DNA from: Verrucomicrobiia bacterium
Lineage (GTDB): Bacteria > Verrucomicrobiota > Verrucomicrobiia > Limisphaerales > UBA8199
Direction of reading: 5' to 3'
DNA: 64,000 nt
NCBI GenBank assembly: GCA_036524155.1
Contig: DATDCV010000050.1
Location: forward strand, 412-64,411
Shown: positions 7,902 through 16,550 of the stretch, piece by piece
Layout: every line of letters begins with the position of its first letter
Numbering within the stretch: the stretch's first letter is position 1
The notes under the pieces: model-generated
Told to the model about the DNA's origin: nothing
The model's input: the letters and a program-made list of their open reading frames with translations, nothing else
Database searches by the model: none
Position numbers and translations under genes: made by a program

Positions 7902-8674
7902 TGTGTCGTACCCCGCATAGCGAATTCACCGCGAGTGAGGAAAGTCCTGATCTTAGGGTCAGGGCAATGGTCGCGCAGTTCCGAGGGATTGCCCTGGGCT
8001 CTTACGGTCCGCGATTCGGCATCGAGGAACATCGAGTCGTCGGCGATGGTGAAAATGCTGGCCAATTCGTGAGTCACAACCACGATCGTTGCGCCCAGGG
8101 TGTCGCGCAGTTCCAGAATCAACTGGTCCAGGTTGCGCGAAAGGACGGGGTCCAGTCCGGCCGACGGTTCATCAAAAAACAGGATTTCCGGATCCAGCGC
8201 CATGGCGCGAGCAAGTCCGGCTCGCTTACGCATGCCGCCGGAGATTTCTGCCGGATAATAATCCTCAAAGCCGCTTAAGCCCACCAACGCCAGCTTGAGC
8301 CGGACGACCTCTCGCCGGTCGGCCTGCGGCCAATCGGTATATTGAGCGAGTGGGAGATCGATGTTCTCCGCCAACGTCATGGAGCTCCAGAGCGCGGCGC
8401 TTTGAAAGAGCACACCGAACTTCCGTACCTGGGCATTCCGGGTCTCCTCGTCCGAGCCCCAAAAACTTTGGCCGCCGTAGGAGATGTCGCCCTGAGCAGG
8501 CGGCTGAAGGCCGATCATCGCTCGCAGCAGCGTGCTTTTGCCCGAGCCACTTTCGCCCATGATGACGAAGATCGAACCGCGTTTGACCCGGGCGCTGACA
8601 TCGCGCATTACCACGTAGGGACCGTAGGCCATGCCCAGGTTCTTGATCTCGATTTTGACATCCTCTGTGTTCAT
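7898..8674 (-). CDS. ABC transporter ATP-binding protein, MlaF family
   Basis: Starts at MNTEDVKIEIKNLG (ATG at 8674). Has Walker A GESGSGKST, the signature ISGGMRKRAGLARA and Walker B ILFFDEPSAGLDP. The longer track ORF (to 9169) overlaps the permease and is rejected. Confidence 0.9.
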   Translation of the reverse strand: MNTEDVKIEIKNLGMAYGPYVVMRDVSARVKRGSIFVIMGESGSGKSTLLRAMIGLQPPAQGDISYGGQSFWGSDEETRNAQVRKFGVLFQSAALWSSMTLAENIDLPLAQYTDWPQADRREVVRLKLALVGLSGFEDYYPAEISGGMRKRAGLARAMALDPEILFFDEPSAGLDPVLSRNLDQLILELRDTLGATIVVVTHELASIFTIADDSMFLDAESRTVRAQGNPSELRDHCPDPKIRTFLTRGEFAMRGTTQ

Positions 8675-8682
8675 GGCCGGGT

Positions 8683-9822
8683 TCAGATCCGCAATGCGTT
8701 GCAGAGCACCGCGAAGATGCCGTCGGAGGCGATGATGGCGGAAATCCCCGACACCACCGCGCGCGTGGTGGCCTGTCCCACGGCAGCGGCAGTATGGCCG
8801 CTCTGCATTCCGCGGAGGCAGCCTGTATAGGCCACGAGGAGGCCAAAGAAGGTTCCTTTGACGATTCCCAAGAGGAAGCCCTTGAGTTCGATGGCCTGAA
8901 TGGTGCGGTTGATGTACTCCGTTGAGCTGACATCCAGCATGCTGACCGACACGAGATATCCGCCTGCAATGCTGATCAGATCGGCAAACACACATAGAAA
9001 GGGCATCATTAGGACCATCGCGATCATTCTTGGCAGAACCAGGAACTCGATGGGCGAAAGACCAAAGGTTTGCAACGCACTGATTTCCTCGTTTACCTTC
9101 ATTGTCCCGAGCTGCGCGGCAAACGCTGCACCTGTGCGACCGCACAGGATGATGCCAGTCATAATACACCCCATTTCCCGCACTGTGGCGATGCCAACTA
9201 AGTCGGCCACATAGATCGAGGCACCGAACCGTACCAGCTCAACGGCGCCCACGAAGGCCAGAATGAGACCCACCAGAAAATTGATCATGGCCACAATTCC
9301 CAACGCCTGGGGGCCGGTCTGTTGCATGACCTCAACGACGTCTACCCAGCGACACTGCGCGCGACGCCGGAGCAGGTTCGCCAGTGCTATGAGACTCTGG
9401 CCCAAAAAGGTGAAAAGTCCCAATATGCCCTCCCATCCTTGGATCATCCGCTCACCCACCCTTCGGAAGAAGGAAGTTCTGACAAAAATGCGATGAGCAT
9501 CGGCCTTTTCGGGCACAGCCTGAACCAGACGCAGCAATCGTTGCACGCCCTCCGGCAGCCCGTCATAGCGGACATCAATGTCGCGCCCGCGCGCCATCCC
9601 TATGCACTGGCTGATGAGCGCTACAAACCGCGAGTCCCAGCCGGTTAGGTCAGTCGTGTCGAACGCGACGGACTTCACGGACGGTTCCTTAATTAAAGCC
9701 TCTCGAACAAGCTCCACTGCCGGAAGCGTGGACTGCTGTCGCCAGTTACCCGACACTCGGGCCAGCAGGGCTCCAGGCGACGCCTGTTCAACGAACAGAT
9801 TCGGGATGGAGGAGGTTGTCAC
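8683..9822 (-). CDS. MlaE-family ABC permease with an N-terminal STAS-like domain
   Basis: The C-terminal ~260 aa is multi-TM and MlaE-like (LGPQALGIVAMINFLVGLILAFVG..., GRTGAAFAAQLGTMKVNEEISAL). The N-terminal ~110 aa is soluble and resembles a STAS / anti-sigma-antagonist fold. Confidence 0.85.
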   Translation of the reverse strand: MTTSSIPNLFVEQASPGALLARVSGNWRQQSTLPAVELVREALIKEPSVKSVAFDTTDLTGWDSRFVALISQCIGMARGRDIDVRYDGLPEGVQRLLRLVQAVPEKADAHRIFVRTSFFRRVGERMIQGWEGILGLFTFLGQSLIALANLLRRRAQCRWVDVVEVMQQTGPQALGIVAMINFLVGLILAFVGAVELVRFGASIYVADLVGIATVREMGCIMTGIILCGRTGAAFAAQLGTMKVNEEISALQTFGLSPIEFLVLPRMIAMVLMMPFLCVFADLISIAGGYLVSVSMLDVSSTEYINRTIQAIELKGFLLGIVKGTFFGLLVAYTGCLRGMQSGHTAAAVGQATTRAVVSGISAIIASDGIFAVLCNALRI

Positions 9823-9859
9823 GATTGGCTCCGCGGAATCAGGTCAAGTGGGGGCGAGG

Positions 9860-10330
9860 TCATGCCGCGACCTCCGCAGGTTCGGGAGCCATTTCTTGGG
9901 TTAGGCGCCCGTTACTCCCAAGTCGGGCCTTGGGCACTCTTAACTCCAGAACTCCATCAGCAAAAGAGCCGTAGATTTCACCCGTCGTATTCGAAGGCAA
10001 TGGAAAACGGCGAATAAATGCTCCTGCGGGGCGCTCGAGCCGCAGACATCGGCCGCTCGGAGACCGGGGCAACCGTTTCCCGCTAATCGAAATCGCGGCG
10101 CTATCTACCTCCAACTGGACCTCCTCGGGCATCAGACCGGGCAGGTCCACGTCGAACACATACTCTTGCTCGGTCTCGTTGACGTCCACGGCTGGAAACC
10201 AGTCGGTGTCCGCTTCCCGCCGTTGGCATGTGGGAACGGCGTTCAACGAAGCTATCAAGTGATTGTCGTTACGGCCGATGTTGGTGATTTTCATTTTGGA
10301 GCCTTTGTATGAGTTGTTGCTCTGCGTCAC
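9860..10330 (-). CDS. Hsp20/alpha-crystallin family small heat-shock protein
   Basis: Shows the alpha-crystallin domain pattern: FPAVDVNETEQEYVFDVDLPGLMPEEVQLEVD...ERPAGAFIRRFPLP...ADGVLELRVPK. An alternative start is MKITNIG at 10294. Confidence 0.85.
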   Translation of the reverse strand: MTQSNNSYKGSKMKITNIGRNDNHLIASLNAVPTCQRREADTDWFPAVDVNETEQEYVFDVDLPGLMPEEVQLEVDSAAISISGKRLPRSPSGRCLRLERPAGAFIRRFPLPSNTTGEIYGSFADGVLELRVPKARLGSNGRLTQEMAPEPAEVAA

Positions 10331-10487
10331 GCCAGTCTTCGAGGGTCATGTGCTCAAAACCGCCGTGCGAAGCATATGCCGCCATCAACAGGTGGCGGAT
10401 CTTCGCCGGAAGCCTTGGTAAGACCGGGGTGTGGAGCGTGGACGCCTGGGCTGCCTGTCGCGGGTTTTCATTTCCGGGTGTTTTCAA
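10269..10487 (-). CDS. possible DUF2934-like small protein (TTG start), overlapping the hsp20 start
   Basis: The frame encodes ...IRHLLMAAYASHGGFEHMTLEDWRDAEQQLIQRL. This resembles the DUF2934 core (A-Y-x-x-W-x-x-x-G-x-x-x-G-x-x-L-x-D-W-x-x-A-E) seen in CDS 30199..30489. The start codon is uncertain. Confidence 0.3.
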   Translation of the reverse strand: MKTPGNENPRQAAQASTLHTPVLPRLPAKIRHLLMAAYASHGGFEHMTLEDWRDAEQQLIQRLQNENHQHRP

Positions 10488-10536
10488 TGCTCGGTCCTCT
10501 TGATTCTTGCCGCTGTCACAACTTGTGCCGCGTGAC

Positions 10537-11643
10537 TTAGAAAAGGTAGCTGAAGCAAATCGTGCCGAATTTTTCCCTTTGGTCCTGGCCCTCGAATTCC
10601 TGGCCCAGGAAGATGTAGGAGAATGAAGCCTGGAAGCGCCGATTGCCCACACTCGCGCCCACAGTAGCCATAGGAACGAAGTACTTTTTGTCCACGCTCG
10701 GACTGTCCTGGAACGTATTTCCGTCGAGCGAGATGTCTCGCAGCACCAGGTTGCCAAACGCGCCCGCGTAGACGGAGAATCCCCAATCGGAGGATCGGCT
10801 CGACGGATCCCGCCGTGGCGGCGGCATGAACCCCATATCGCGCACCAGCGAAGGGCCGAAATCATTCGGCATATGGTAGCCTGCCCGCAACAGCGCCCCG
10901 CCCTGCGCCTGGATCAGCATGTTCCCTAACCAACCGCCCCCGATAGGGAGTGCTTCGGCAGACCACCCTTCGCGCTCACCCACAAGCTGGAACCTGTGCC
11001 GGTATTCGTAGGCAAAATTGAAAATCGGCTCGTTGTGTAATTGGTAATCCCAACCTTGCGACTTGCCGTTGCCGATGAGCTCATGGACTGCATCCTGGGT
11101 TTCTTTCGCTCCTGACGCAGGGCCGACAACCCCTGTCACGAACTTTAACCCGTGATAAGAGTTCGTTTTCTCCACGTGCAACGTAAGACCAAACGCGAGA
11201 ATTCCAGCATAGGGACGATCAGTCGGGTCGGGCGGGTTAAGGTCCTTGTTTGAGGGAGTGAACATTGCTTGCGCAACGTCGTAGGTCACGGTGCGCCTTC
11301 CCTCGCCCCAGGGCAGGAAGTTCCCCGCCGGGTCCATCCAACTCGGCCCAGTATGCGATACCCCCAAGGCAACTCCGTCGGTGTAAAATTTATCCGTGCC
11401 ACCGAATGCGTCGTTTTCCCAGCGAACGCCAGCCGTCCACTGGCGCTTGGGTTCGGTCAGGGTACTTGAACGATCCGCCGGTGCCTCGTCCGCGACTGCC
11501 TGCTGCGCAACGGACATTCCGAGCAGTGCGAGGAACGGACCGCTGACGGCAGCGAGCGTCGAAGGAACGGCCCAGCGACGGCGAAAGATGCGCCCTATTG
11601 TGATTGGCCGGGAGGGGGTTGGCTGGTTGTCGAGGTCTTTCAT
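10537..11643 (-). CDS. lipid A deacylase LpxR (DUF2219) family outer-membrane protein
   Basis: Starts at MKDLDN (11643). Has a signal-like segment, WENDAFGGTDKFYTDGVALGVSH typical of LpxR/DUF2219, and a barrel ending in FSYLF. Confidence 0.7.
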   Translation of the reverse strand: MKDLDNQPTPSRPITIGRIFRRRWAVPSTLAAVSGPFLALLGMSVAQQAVADEAPADRSSTLTEPKRQWTAGVRWENDAFGGTDKFYTDGVALGVSHTGPSWMDPAGNFLPWGEGRRTVTYDVAQAMFTPSNKDLNPPDPTDRPYAGILAFGLTLHVEKTNSYHGLKFVTGVVGPASGAKETQDAVHELIGNGKSQGWDYQLHNEPIFNFAYEYRHRFQLVGEREGWSAEALPIGGGWLGNMLIQAQGGALLRAGYHMPNDFGPSLVRDMGFMPPPRRDPSSRSSDWGFSVYAGAFGNLVLRDISLDGNTFQDSPSVDKKYFVPMATVGASVGNRRFQASFSYIFLGQEFEGQDQREKFGTICFSYLF

Positions 11644-11883
11644 AGTTATCGTTTCGCAGTTCATGGAGTTGAGCATCCGCCGTCGAGTCGCGCGTCCTGA
11701 CCAAGAACCTGAATTGGTGACATTCGGTAGCAGGTGCGCAGGGGCTCGAGCCGGGAATCGTCGTGCTCTCGTTCCTGCTTTTGCCCCCTGGCCGGCTGGT
11801 TGTGCCAAAATGCGCCATAAGTCAGGGCCAGAATGAGTGTGCCAACCATTACTGGGAGCATAGGCTTAAGGGTCGTTTTGTTG

Positions 11884-12597
11884 TCATGATGTCGCGTGTT
11901 TTCGGGCTCGCCTTTCTAGCGGGCTGAAATCGTGAGGAAGCGCACAGTTACACGAAGCGTTGGCGGTTGCGGGCGACGGGCCGGCGGAGGCAACGGATAA
12001 GAGCGTGGTGGATCCCAGACACGCATCCCGCTTACAGGCCCTGTGCGCTTCCAAAAATGATTTTCTGCATCGGGCCGTGGTCTCGTCAGGAGTGGTGGAG
12101 CAGTTCTGGTGGCTATTTCCCGAGGTCTTGTTCGGGGAGGCGCAGGTCACCATCACATTGGTTCTCCTTTTCTGTTGCCTTGCGCCGGATGGACCGAACA
12201 GGTCCTGGAGGGCGGTGATCAAGCGGGCACGCAGGTTGCCGTCTTTAACGACGAAACCGTCAGCCCCCGCTTCCGCAGCCATCGTTTTCATACTTGTACT
12301 GTCATCCGACGTGACGATTATCACCACGGCCGGGTGCGCACGTTCTTTGATACATCGGGCAGCTTGTATGCCACTCAAACGCGGCATGTGGACATCCATC
12401 AGGACCAACTCAGGAGACAACAACGACACGTAACGAAGGCCCTGACATCCATCGCTTGCCGTGCCAACGAGATCGAAGTCGCCGACTTCTTCCAGGATTT
12501 GGACCAGGATCTTCAACATCAAAGGGGAATCATCCACCACGAGGGTTTTGATTCTGGTTGGCTTCCTTTCAGCTATGTTAAGCTCGCAGTTATTCAT
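11884..12597 (-). CDS. response-regulator receiver protein (CheY-like REC with a low-complexity tail)
   Basis: Has LVVDDSPLMLKIL..., LVLMDVHMPRLSG (phospho-acceptor Asp context) and VVIIVTSDD...GADGFVVKD. No recognisable output domain. Confidence 0.8.
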   Translation of the reverse strand: MNNCELNIAERKPTRIKTLVVDDSPLMLKILVQILEEVGDFDLVGTASDGCQGLRYVSLLSPELVLMDVHMPRLSGIQAARCIKERAHPAVVIIVTSDDSTSMKTMAAEAGADGFVVKDGNLRARLITALQDLFGPSGARQQKRRTNVMVTCASPNKTSGNSHQNCSTTPDETTARCRKSFLEAHRACKRDACLGSTTLLSVASAGPSPATANASCNCALPHDFSPLERRARKHATS

Positions 12598-12836
12598 GAC
12601 CAGGGTTTGTCTTCTCCGATGAAAAAGCGCGTGGTTTTCTCAGAGGCCCGCAGTTCCGCTTCGTGGCTGTCGGCGGGAGGCCGCGCCGAGTCAAGGTATT
12701 GAATCGCGCATGAGGGACAGCAGAGCATTATTGTTCCTGCCTCCTCGCGGTGGATTTTGCAGAAGCAGTTCTCTCCAATAGGATGGTCGCAAACCGGGCA
12801 CTTCTGGCGGACCGTGCCGTTGGGTTCTGTCTTCAT
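12594..12836 (-). CDS. Cys-rich (zinc-ribbon-like) small protein
   Basis: 80 aa with CPVC...CFC...CCPSC. It has a 4-nt overlap with the receiver gene and lies 5 nt after the thioredoxin-like gene. Confidence 0.55.
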   Translation of the reverse strand: MKTEPNGTVRQKCPVCDHPIGENCFCKIHREEAGTIMLCCPSCAIQYLDSARPPADSHEAELRASEKTTRFFIGEDKPWS

Positions 12837-12840
12837 AGGG

Positions 12841-13200
12841 CTACATGGAAAGGGGTTCGAGTTTGGCCAGAATGGCCTCCCTGGTCGCGGTGCCGACGAT
12901 GCGCAGGCTAAGCTTTCCCCGCACGAAGTAGAGGAGAGTGGGAACCGATTGAATGTCGTACCAAAGACTCAAGTCCAGACTATCATCGGCATCAACCTTG
13001 ACCACTCTGAGCCTTCCGGCGGAGGCGCTGGCGAGTTCTTGAAGCACGGAATCGAAGGCCTGGCACGCCCGGCTCCAGGGCGCCCAGAACTCCACGAGCA
13101 CCGGTTGCTCTGCCTCCAGAACTTCCGCCTTGAAATCCTTGGCTGCAACCAGAGGCAGCGCCTCATTCTGAGGGTTCAAGTTTTCGGCATTATTCAACAT
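12841..13200 (-). CDS. thioredoxin-fold protein with an atypical WSRAC active-site motif
   Basis: Starts at MLNNAEN (13200). PVLVEFWAPWSRACQAF...VKVDADDS...IQSVPTLLYF is the thioredoxin layout. The canonical WCGPC is replaced by WSRAC. Confidence 0.75.
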   Translation of the reverse strand: MLNNAENLNPQNEALPLVAAKDFKAEVLEAEQPVLVEFWAPWSRACQAFDSVLQELASASAGRLRVVKVDADDSLDLSLWYDIQSVPTLLYFVRGKLSLRIVGTATREAILAKLEPLSM

Positions 13201-13508
13201 GATTGTGCTATATGCACAGCGTGTGCCAGCGGGCGGGATAGAACGTAAGGAGCTAAATGGCAGGATGGAACGGAGCGACTCGTCGGCTCCGGCCGGGGTC
13301 AAAAAACTGAATGACCCGAAAAATCGTGTTGTATTCGAAAGCGCTTCCATGGCTCTCAATTCACCACGAGATGAAATGACTGGCACCCTGGCTCCAGCCC
13401 GTCAGCACCACACCGGTAGTCAGCGGCAATCGCGGTTTGTATGTTTGGATTCTCGCGTTTTTTCATAGTGGGCGAACACGTTCTCGCATCGAGAACAGAT
13501 TTTTCATC

Positions 13509-13790
13509 TCAACTCTCTTGGTTCCCAGTCAGCCGCCGAAAATCACGAAATAGGGATTGGTCGCGTGCGCGCAATTCGGCCTTACGCCACTGCTTCAAGG
13601 GACCGTCGGGCATTTCCAGCGTGGCCCTGGCTTCATCCATGAGCCACTGGACCGTGTCATCCAGAATCGCTATGGATTGCTGACGCGTCAGCGGTTTGAA
13701 TGGCTTCGGCGTTGCTGGCTTATACGGCAGGGAGGCTGTTCCTGGCCAGCGATGCGTTCGGTGTCGTTCCCAAAAACTCTTTAAGCTCAT
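13509..13790 (-). CDS. hypothetical protein translationally coupled to the sigma factor
   Basis: The start MSLKSF at 13790 forms an ATGA overlap with the sigma-factor stop (13787-13789). No family was recognised. Confidence 0.45.
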   Translation of the reverse strand: MSLKSFWERHRTHRWPGTASLPYKPATPKPFKPLTRQQSIAILDDTVQWLMDEARATLEMPDGPLKQWRKAELRARDQSLFRDFRRLTGNQES

Positions 13791-14722
13791 AATCGCAATT
13801 GGCATTTTCCCGATCTTAGTTGGGCTGGTGAAAGGCTCTGGAGCTCCAAGTTCTTTATTCTGCAGCGGACCTTCTTCAGGGCGGCATTTTGCACTTGGCG
13901 CACGCGCTCGCTGGAAAGCCCAAGCTCCTCCCCGACCTCATCCAACGTCTTTGGCAACTCCTCGTTCAAACCAAAACGCAACCTCAGGATGGCCTGCTCC
14001 CGTTGATCCAGGGTCTGAACGACATCCCGCACCATGAGCGTGCGTGCCATGCCATCCAGCGTGTCGTATGGCAATTCGGCTTTCTCATCCGCGACAGTGT
14101 CGGCGTAGCTGCCAATTTCCTCCCCATCAAACTGTGCATCGAGCGAGGCCGGACGAATGGCTGCTACTCGCATCTGGATTATCCGCCTTGGGGTGGTCCC
14201 CACTTCCGCGGCCAGTTCGTCGTCCGTTGGCTCACGACCTAATGTGTCCTCCAGGCGCGAAGCCGCCCGATGCATTTTGCTGAGCTTACTCACCACGTGA
14301 ACAGGCAGTCGTATGGTTTTGGACTGGCTAGCTAAGGCTTGGGTGATCGCTTGCCTAATCCAGAAGGCGCTGTAGGCAGAAAACTTTGCCCCTTTGTACG
14401 GATCAAACCGATCGACGGCCCTCAGCAACCCAATGTTGCCTTCGCTGATCAGGTCCAGCAGTGGCAGCCCCAGCCCTTCATAAGCCCGCGCAATCCTGAC
14501 GACCAACCGGAGGTTGGACTTGATCAGTTGCTCGCGAGCTTCCCGATCCCCTTTCTTGATGCGACCCGCGAGTTCGATTTCTTCCTCGCGGGTGAGCAGC
14601 TTGGCTCGGCAAATATCCCGCAGGTAGAGGGCCACGCAGTTATAGGCCGGCGAGGTTTCACGCGCGCTCCCCAAGGGCGCTTCCGAAGGCGGGCAAGGAT
14701 CAAACTCGTTTAGATCTTTCAT
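13787..14722 (-). CDS. RNA polymerase sigma factor, sigma-70 family (group 2/3, RpoS/SigB-sized)
   Basis: Region 2 is LIKSNLRLVVRIARAYEGLGLPLLDLISEGNIGLLRAVDRFDPYKGAKFSAYSAFWIRQAI. Region 3 is KTIRLPVHV. Region 4 is LDEVGEELGLSSERVRQVQNAALKKV. Confidence 0.9.
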   Translation of the reverse strand: MKDLNEFDPCPPSEAPLGSARETSPAYNCVALYLRDICRAKLLTREEEIELAGRIKKGDREAREQLIKSNLRLVVRIARAYEGLGLPLLDLISEGNIGLLRAVDRFDPYKGAKFSAYSAFWIRQAITQALASQSKTIRLPVHVVSKLSKMHRAASRLEDTLGREPTDDELAAEVGTTPRRIIQMRVAAIRPASLDAQFDGEEIGSYADTVADEKAELPYDTLDGMARTLMVRDVVQTLDQREQAILRLRFGLNEELPKTLDEVGEELGLSSERVRQVQNAALKKVRCRIKNLELQSLSPAQLRSGKCQLRL

Positions 14723-15360
14723 ATTTCTCGCGTGAGGCTCAAGCGCCCTCAGAATTGGAACGGTGATGATTCAGCTTCATATTTCTTAGGCCCACACATC
14801 TTTCGTGCCACGTCCGGTAATGCGCCGTTTCTGTTGCGAGTGCGCCAGTTGCAGAAGTTCCAACGCCGCTTGTTCCCTTGTGAATTTTCGTACGTTCGAA
14901 AAACCGAGCGCATTCCCGGGTTGAGAACTCCGGCCACAAGTTCCTGAAGAGCGACGGGTTGTGTGCTGGTTGAGGGGTTGGCATGCGGTGTGATTGAAGG
15001 GGCTCGATTGCGGGATGAAAGAACGAAAAAATATCAAATTCCACTCCGGCTTCGAAACGCCAGTCAGACCCGGGTTGCTCCGGCTGAACAGTGAGTTCAG
15101 TTTTCCCCACCCGATCACGGCGAGCCGCGATTTCCGAGTATGCGGTTGCCGCATCACGCGTTGCTCATACCGCGCGTACGAACTGGATGAGCACGAACCC
15201 GTCCGGGCCGCTTTCGGGTCACGAACCGGACTGGCGATGGGGGTGACGTGTGCGTGAGTCCACCCGAACGGTAGTGACGAGTTTGCCCGAGTGGGAGAAT
15301 CGGTGCGATTACCCTTCGACAGCACTCTGCCGCGACAAGGACGCTCCTCTTGAACCTGAA

Positions 15361-16113
15361 ATGGGGGGTCAATCCGCCTTCACGACTGAGGCCAACCGGC
15401 GATCACGCGCGGGCAGGGCGCCGATAAAGCGATTGCGGGTATCGGCGATAGGGTTCCTCGCGGCTCTGGTACTCATGCTTGTTGCCTCACCTTTCGTGGA
15501 GGGGGTAAAGAACGGCCAGCTCTACAGTTCCGTGTTGTTCACCCTGGTGATGTGCACGGGCGTAATTGCCACTGGTTCGTGTCGCAGACTGGCCTTCGCG
15601 CTGGTGAGCTTGCCGCTCGCGACAATATGGCTGAACCAAATCTGGCCTCAAAAATGCCCCACGTTCACGTTTATCCTGCCGGCAATCGCATTCCTGGCGG
15701 TCGTCATAGCGTCGCTGCTGAGTTTTATCCTGCGGGCCAGGAGAGTCGATGCGAACGTGCTTTGCGCCGGGATCTCTATCTATCTAATCCTGGGGCTCAT
15801 CTGGGGACTGGCCTATACATTCATAGCGCAAATCAGTCCCAACGCGTTCTCGTTCAACACTCGCCTGGGGGCGACGTCGGTGATGAGCGGCTTCACCGCC
15901 ATCTATTTCAGTTTTACTACCCTGATGACTGTCGGGTATGGCGATATCACCCCGGTGGCGGATGTAGCGCGGATGCTGGCGATGATTGAAGCGATGACCG
16001 GCACGATGTTTGTCGGTGTCATGATTGCCCGTCTGGTTTCTCTCTACTCTGCCAAAGGGCGCAGCCACACACTGGCCCACAGCGACAACAACGAGTCGTC
16101 CACGAATTTATGA
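15361..16113 (+). CDS. potassium channel (2TM/pore-loop, Ion_trans_2-like)
   Basis: Has the selectivity filter FSFTTLMTVGYGDITP flanked by TM helices. The start at MGGQSAF (15361) is uncertain. Confidence 0.85.
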   Translation: MGGQSAFTTEANRRSRAGRAPIKRLRVSAIGFLAALVLMLVASPFVEGVKNGQLYSSVLFTLVMCTGVIATGSCRRLAFALVSLPLATIWLNQIWPQKCPTFTFILPAIAFLAVVIASLLSFILRARRVDANVLCAGISIYLILGLIWGLAYTFIAQISPNAFSFNTRLGATSVMSGFTAIYFSFTTLMTVGYGDITPVADVARMLAMIEAMTGTMFVGVMIARLVSLYSAKGRSHTLAHSDNNESSTNL

Positions 16114-16550
16114 TCGATAGCATCACCAACTACATTGAGAACAACCACAGGCCCAGGACCAGCCCGGCCGCACTCAGGTTCGCGCCGGCCCTCCCGCACC
16201 TTTCCGAGTCTGAAACCCGAAAGGGGCAGGCCGGCTTCACGAGAATCTTCCGTTGGCCGGTTCCAGCCGGACAAACGGCCCAACCGACCACCGTCGAGGT
16301 CGTCGGCTCTTTCAGCGGGTGGCGCAAGCTCCCCCTGAGTTATGATCCTCCGACCAGAACCTGGCAGCTCTTGCTGAACAACATCGAGGGTAACCGGACG
16401 CATCGCTACGTCGTGCTGGTGGATGGGAAACCGAGTTTTGACCAGACCTGCGATGGAATGATTGCCCCCCAAACACCCGAGGAAGCAAAGTGGAGCCTCG
16501 CGACCCCAAAAGGGTCGCGGGTTATGCTGCTCTTCTCTCAGACCAAATGA
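16110..16550 (+). CDS. glycogen-binding (AMPK-beta / CBM48-like) domain protein
   Basis: TTVEVVGSFSGWRKLPLSYDPPTRTWQLLLNNIEGNRTHRYVVLVDGKP matches the AMPK1_CBM pattern (V-x-G-x-F-x-x-W...W...G-x-H-x-Y-x-F-x-VDG). It has an ATGA overlap with the channel gene. Confidence 0.65.
   Translation: MIDSITNYIENNHRPRTSPAALRFAPALPHLSESETRKGQAGFTRIFRWPVPAGQTAQPTTVEVVGSFSGWRKLPLSYDPPTRTWQLLLNNIEGNRTHRYVVLVDGKPSFDQTCDGMIAPQTPEEAKWSLATPKGSRVMLLFSQTK

Noticed and set aside
8675-9169. N-terminal extension of the track ORF 7898..9169 (423 aa).
   Set aside because: The extension overlaps the MlaE permease in another frame and has implausible composition. The MlaF homology begins at MNTEDVKIEIKNLG (ATG at 8674).
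14723-15360. 638-bp divergent intergenic region between the sigma-factor gene and the K+ channel gene, containing ORFs 14739..15110 and 14786..15325 (minus strand) and small hairpins (e.g. atgcgg-ttg-ccgcat).
   Set aside because: The ORFs have implausible composition and overlap each other. No recognisable promoter, riboswitch or repeat was found. It is probably an ordinary long regulatory region, but I cannot say more from sequence alone.
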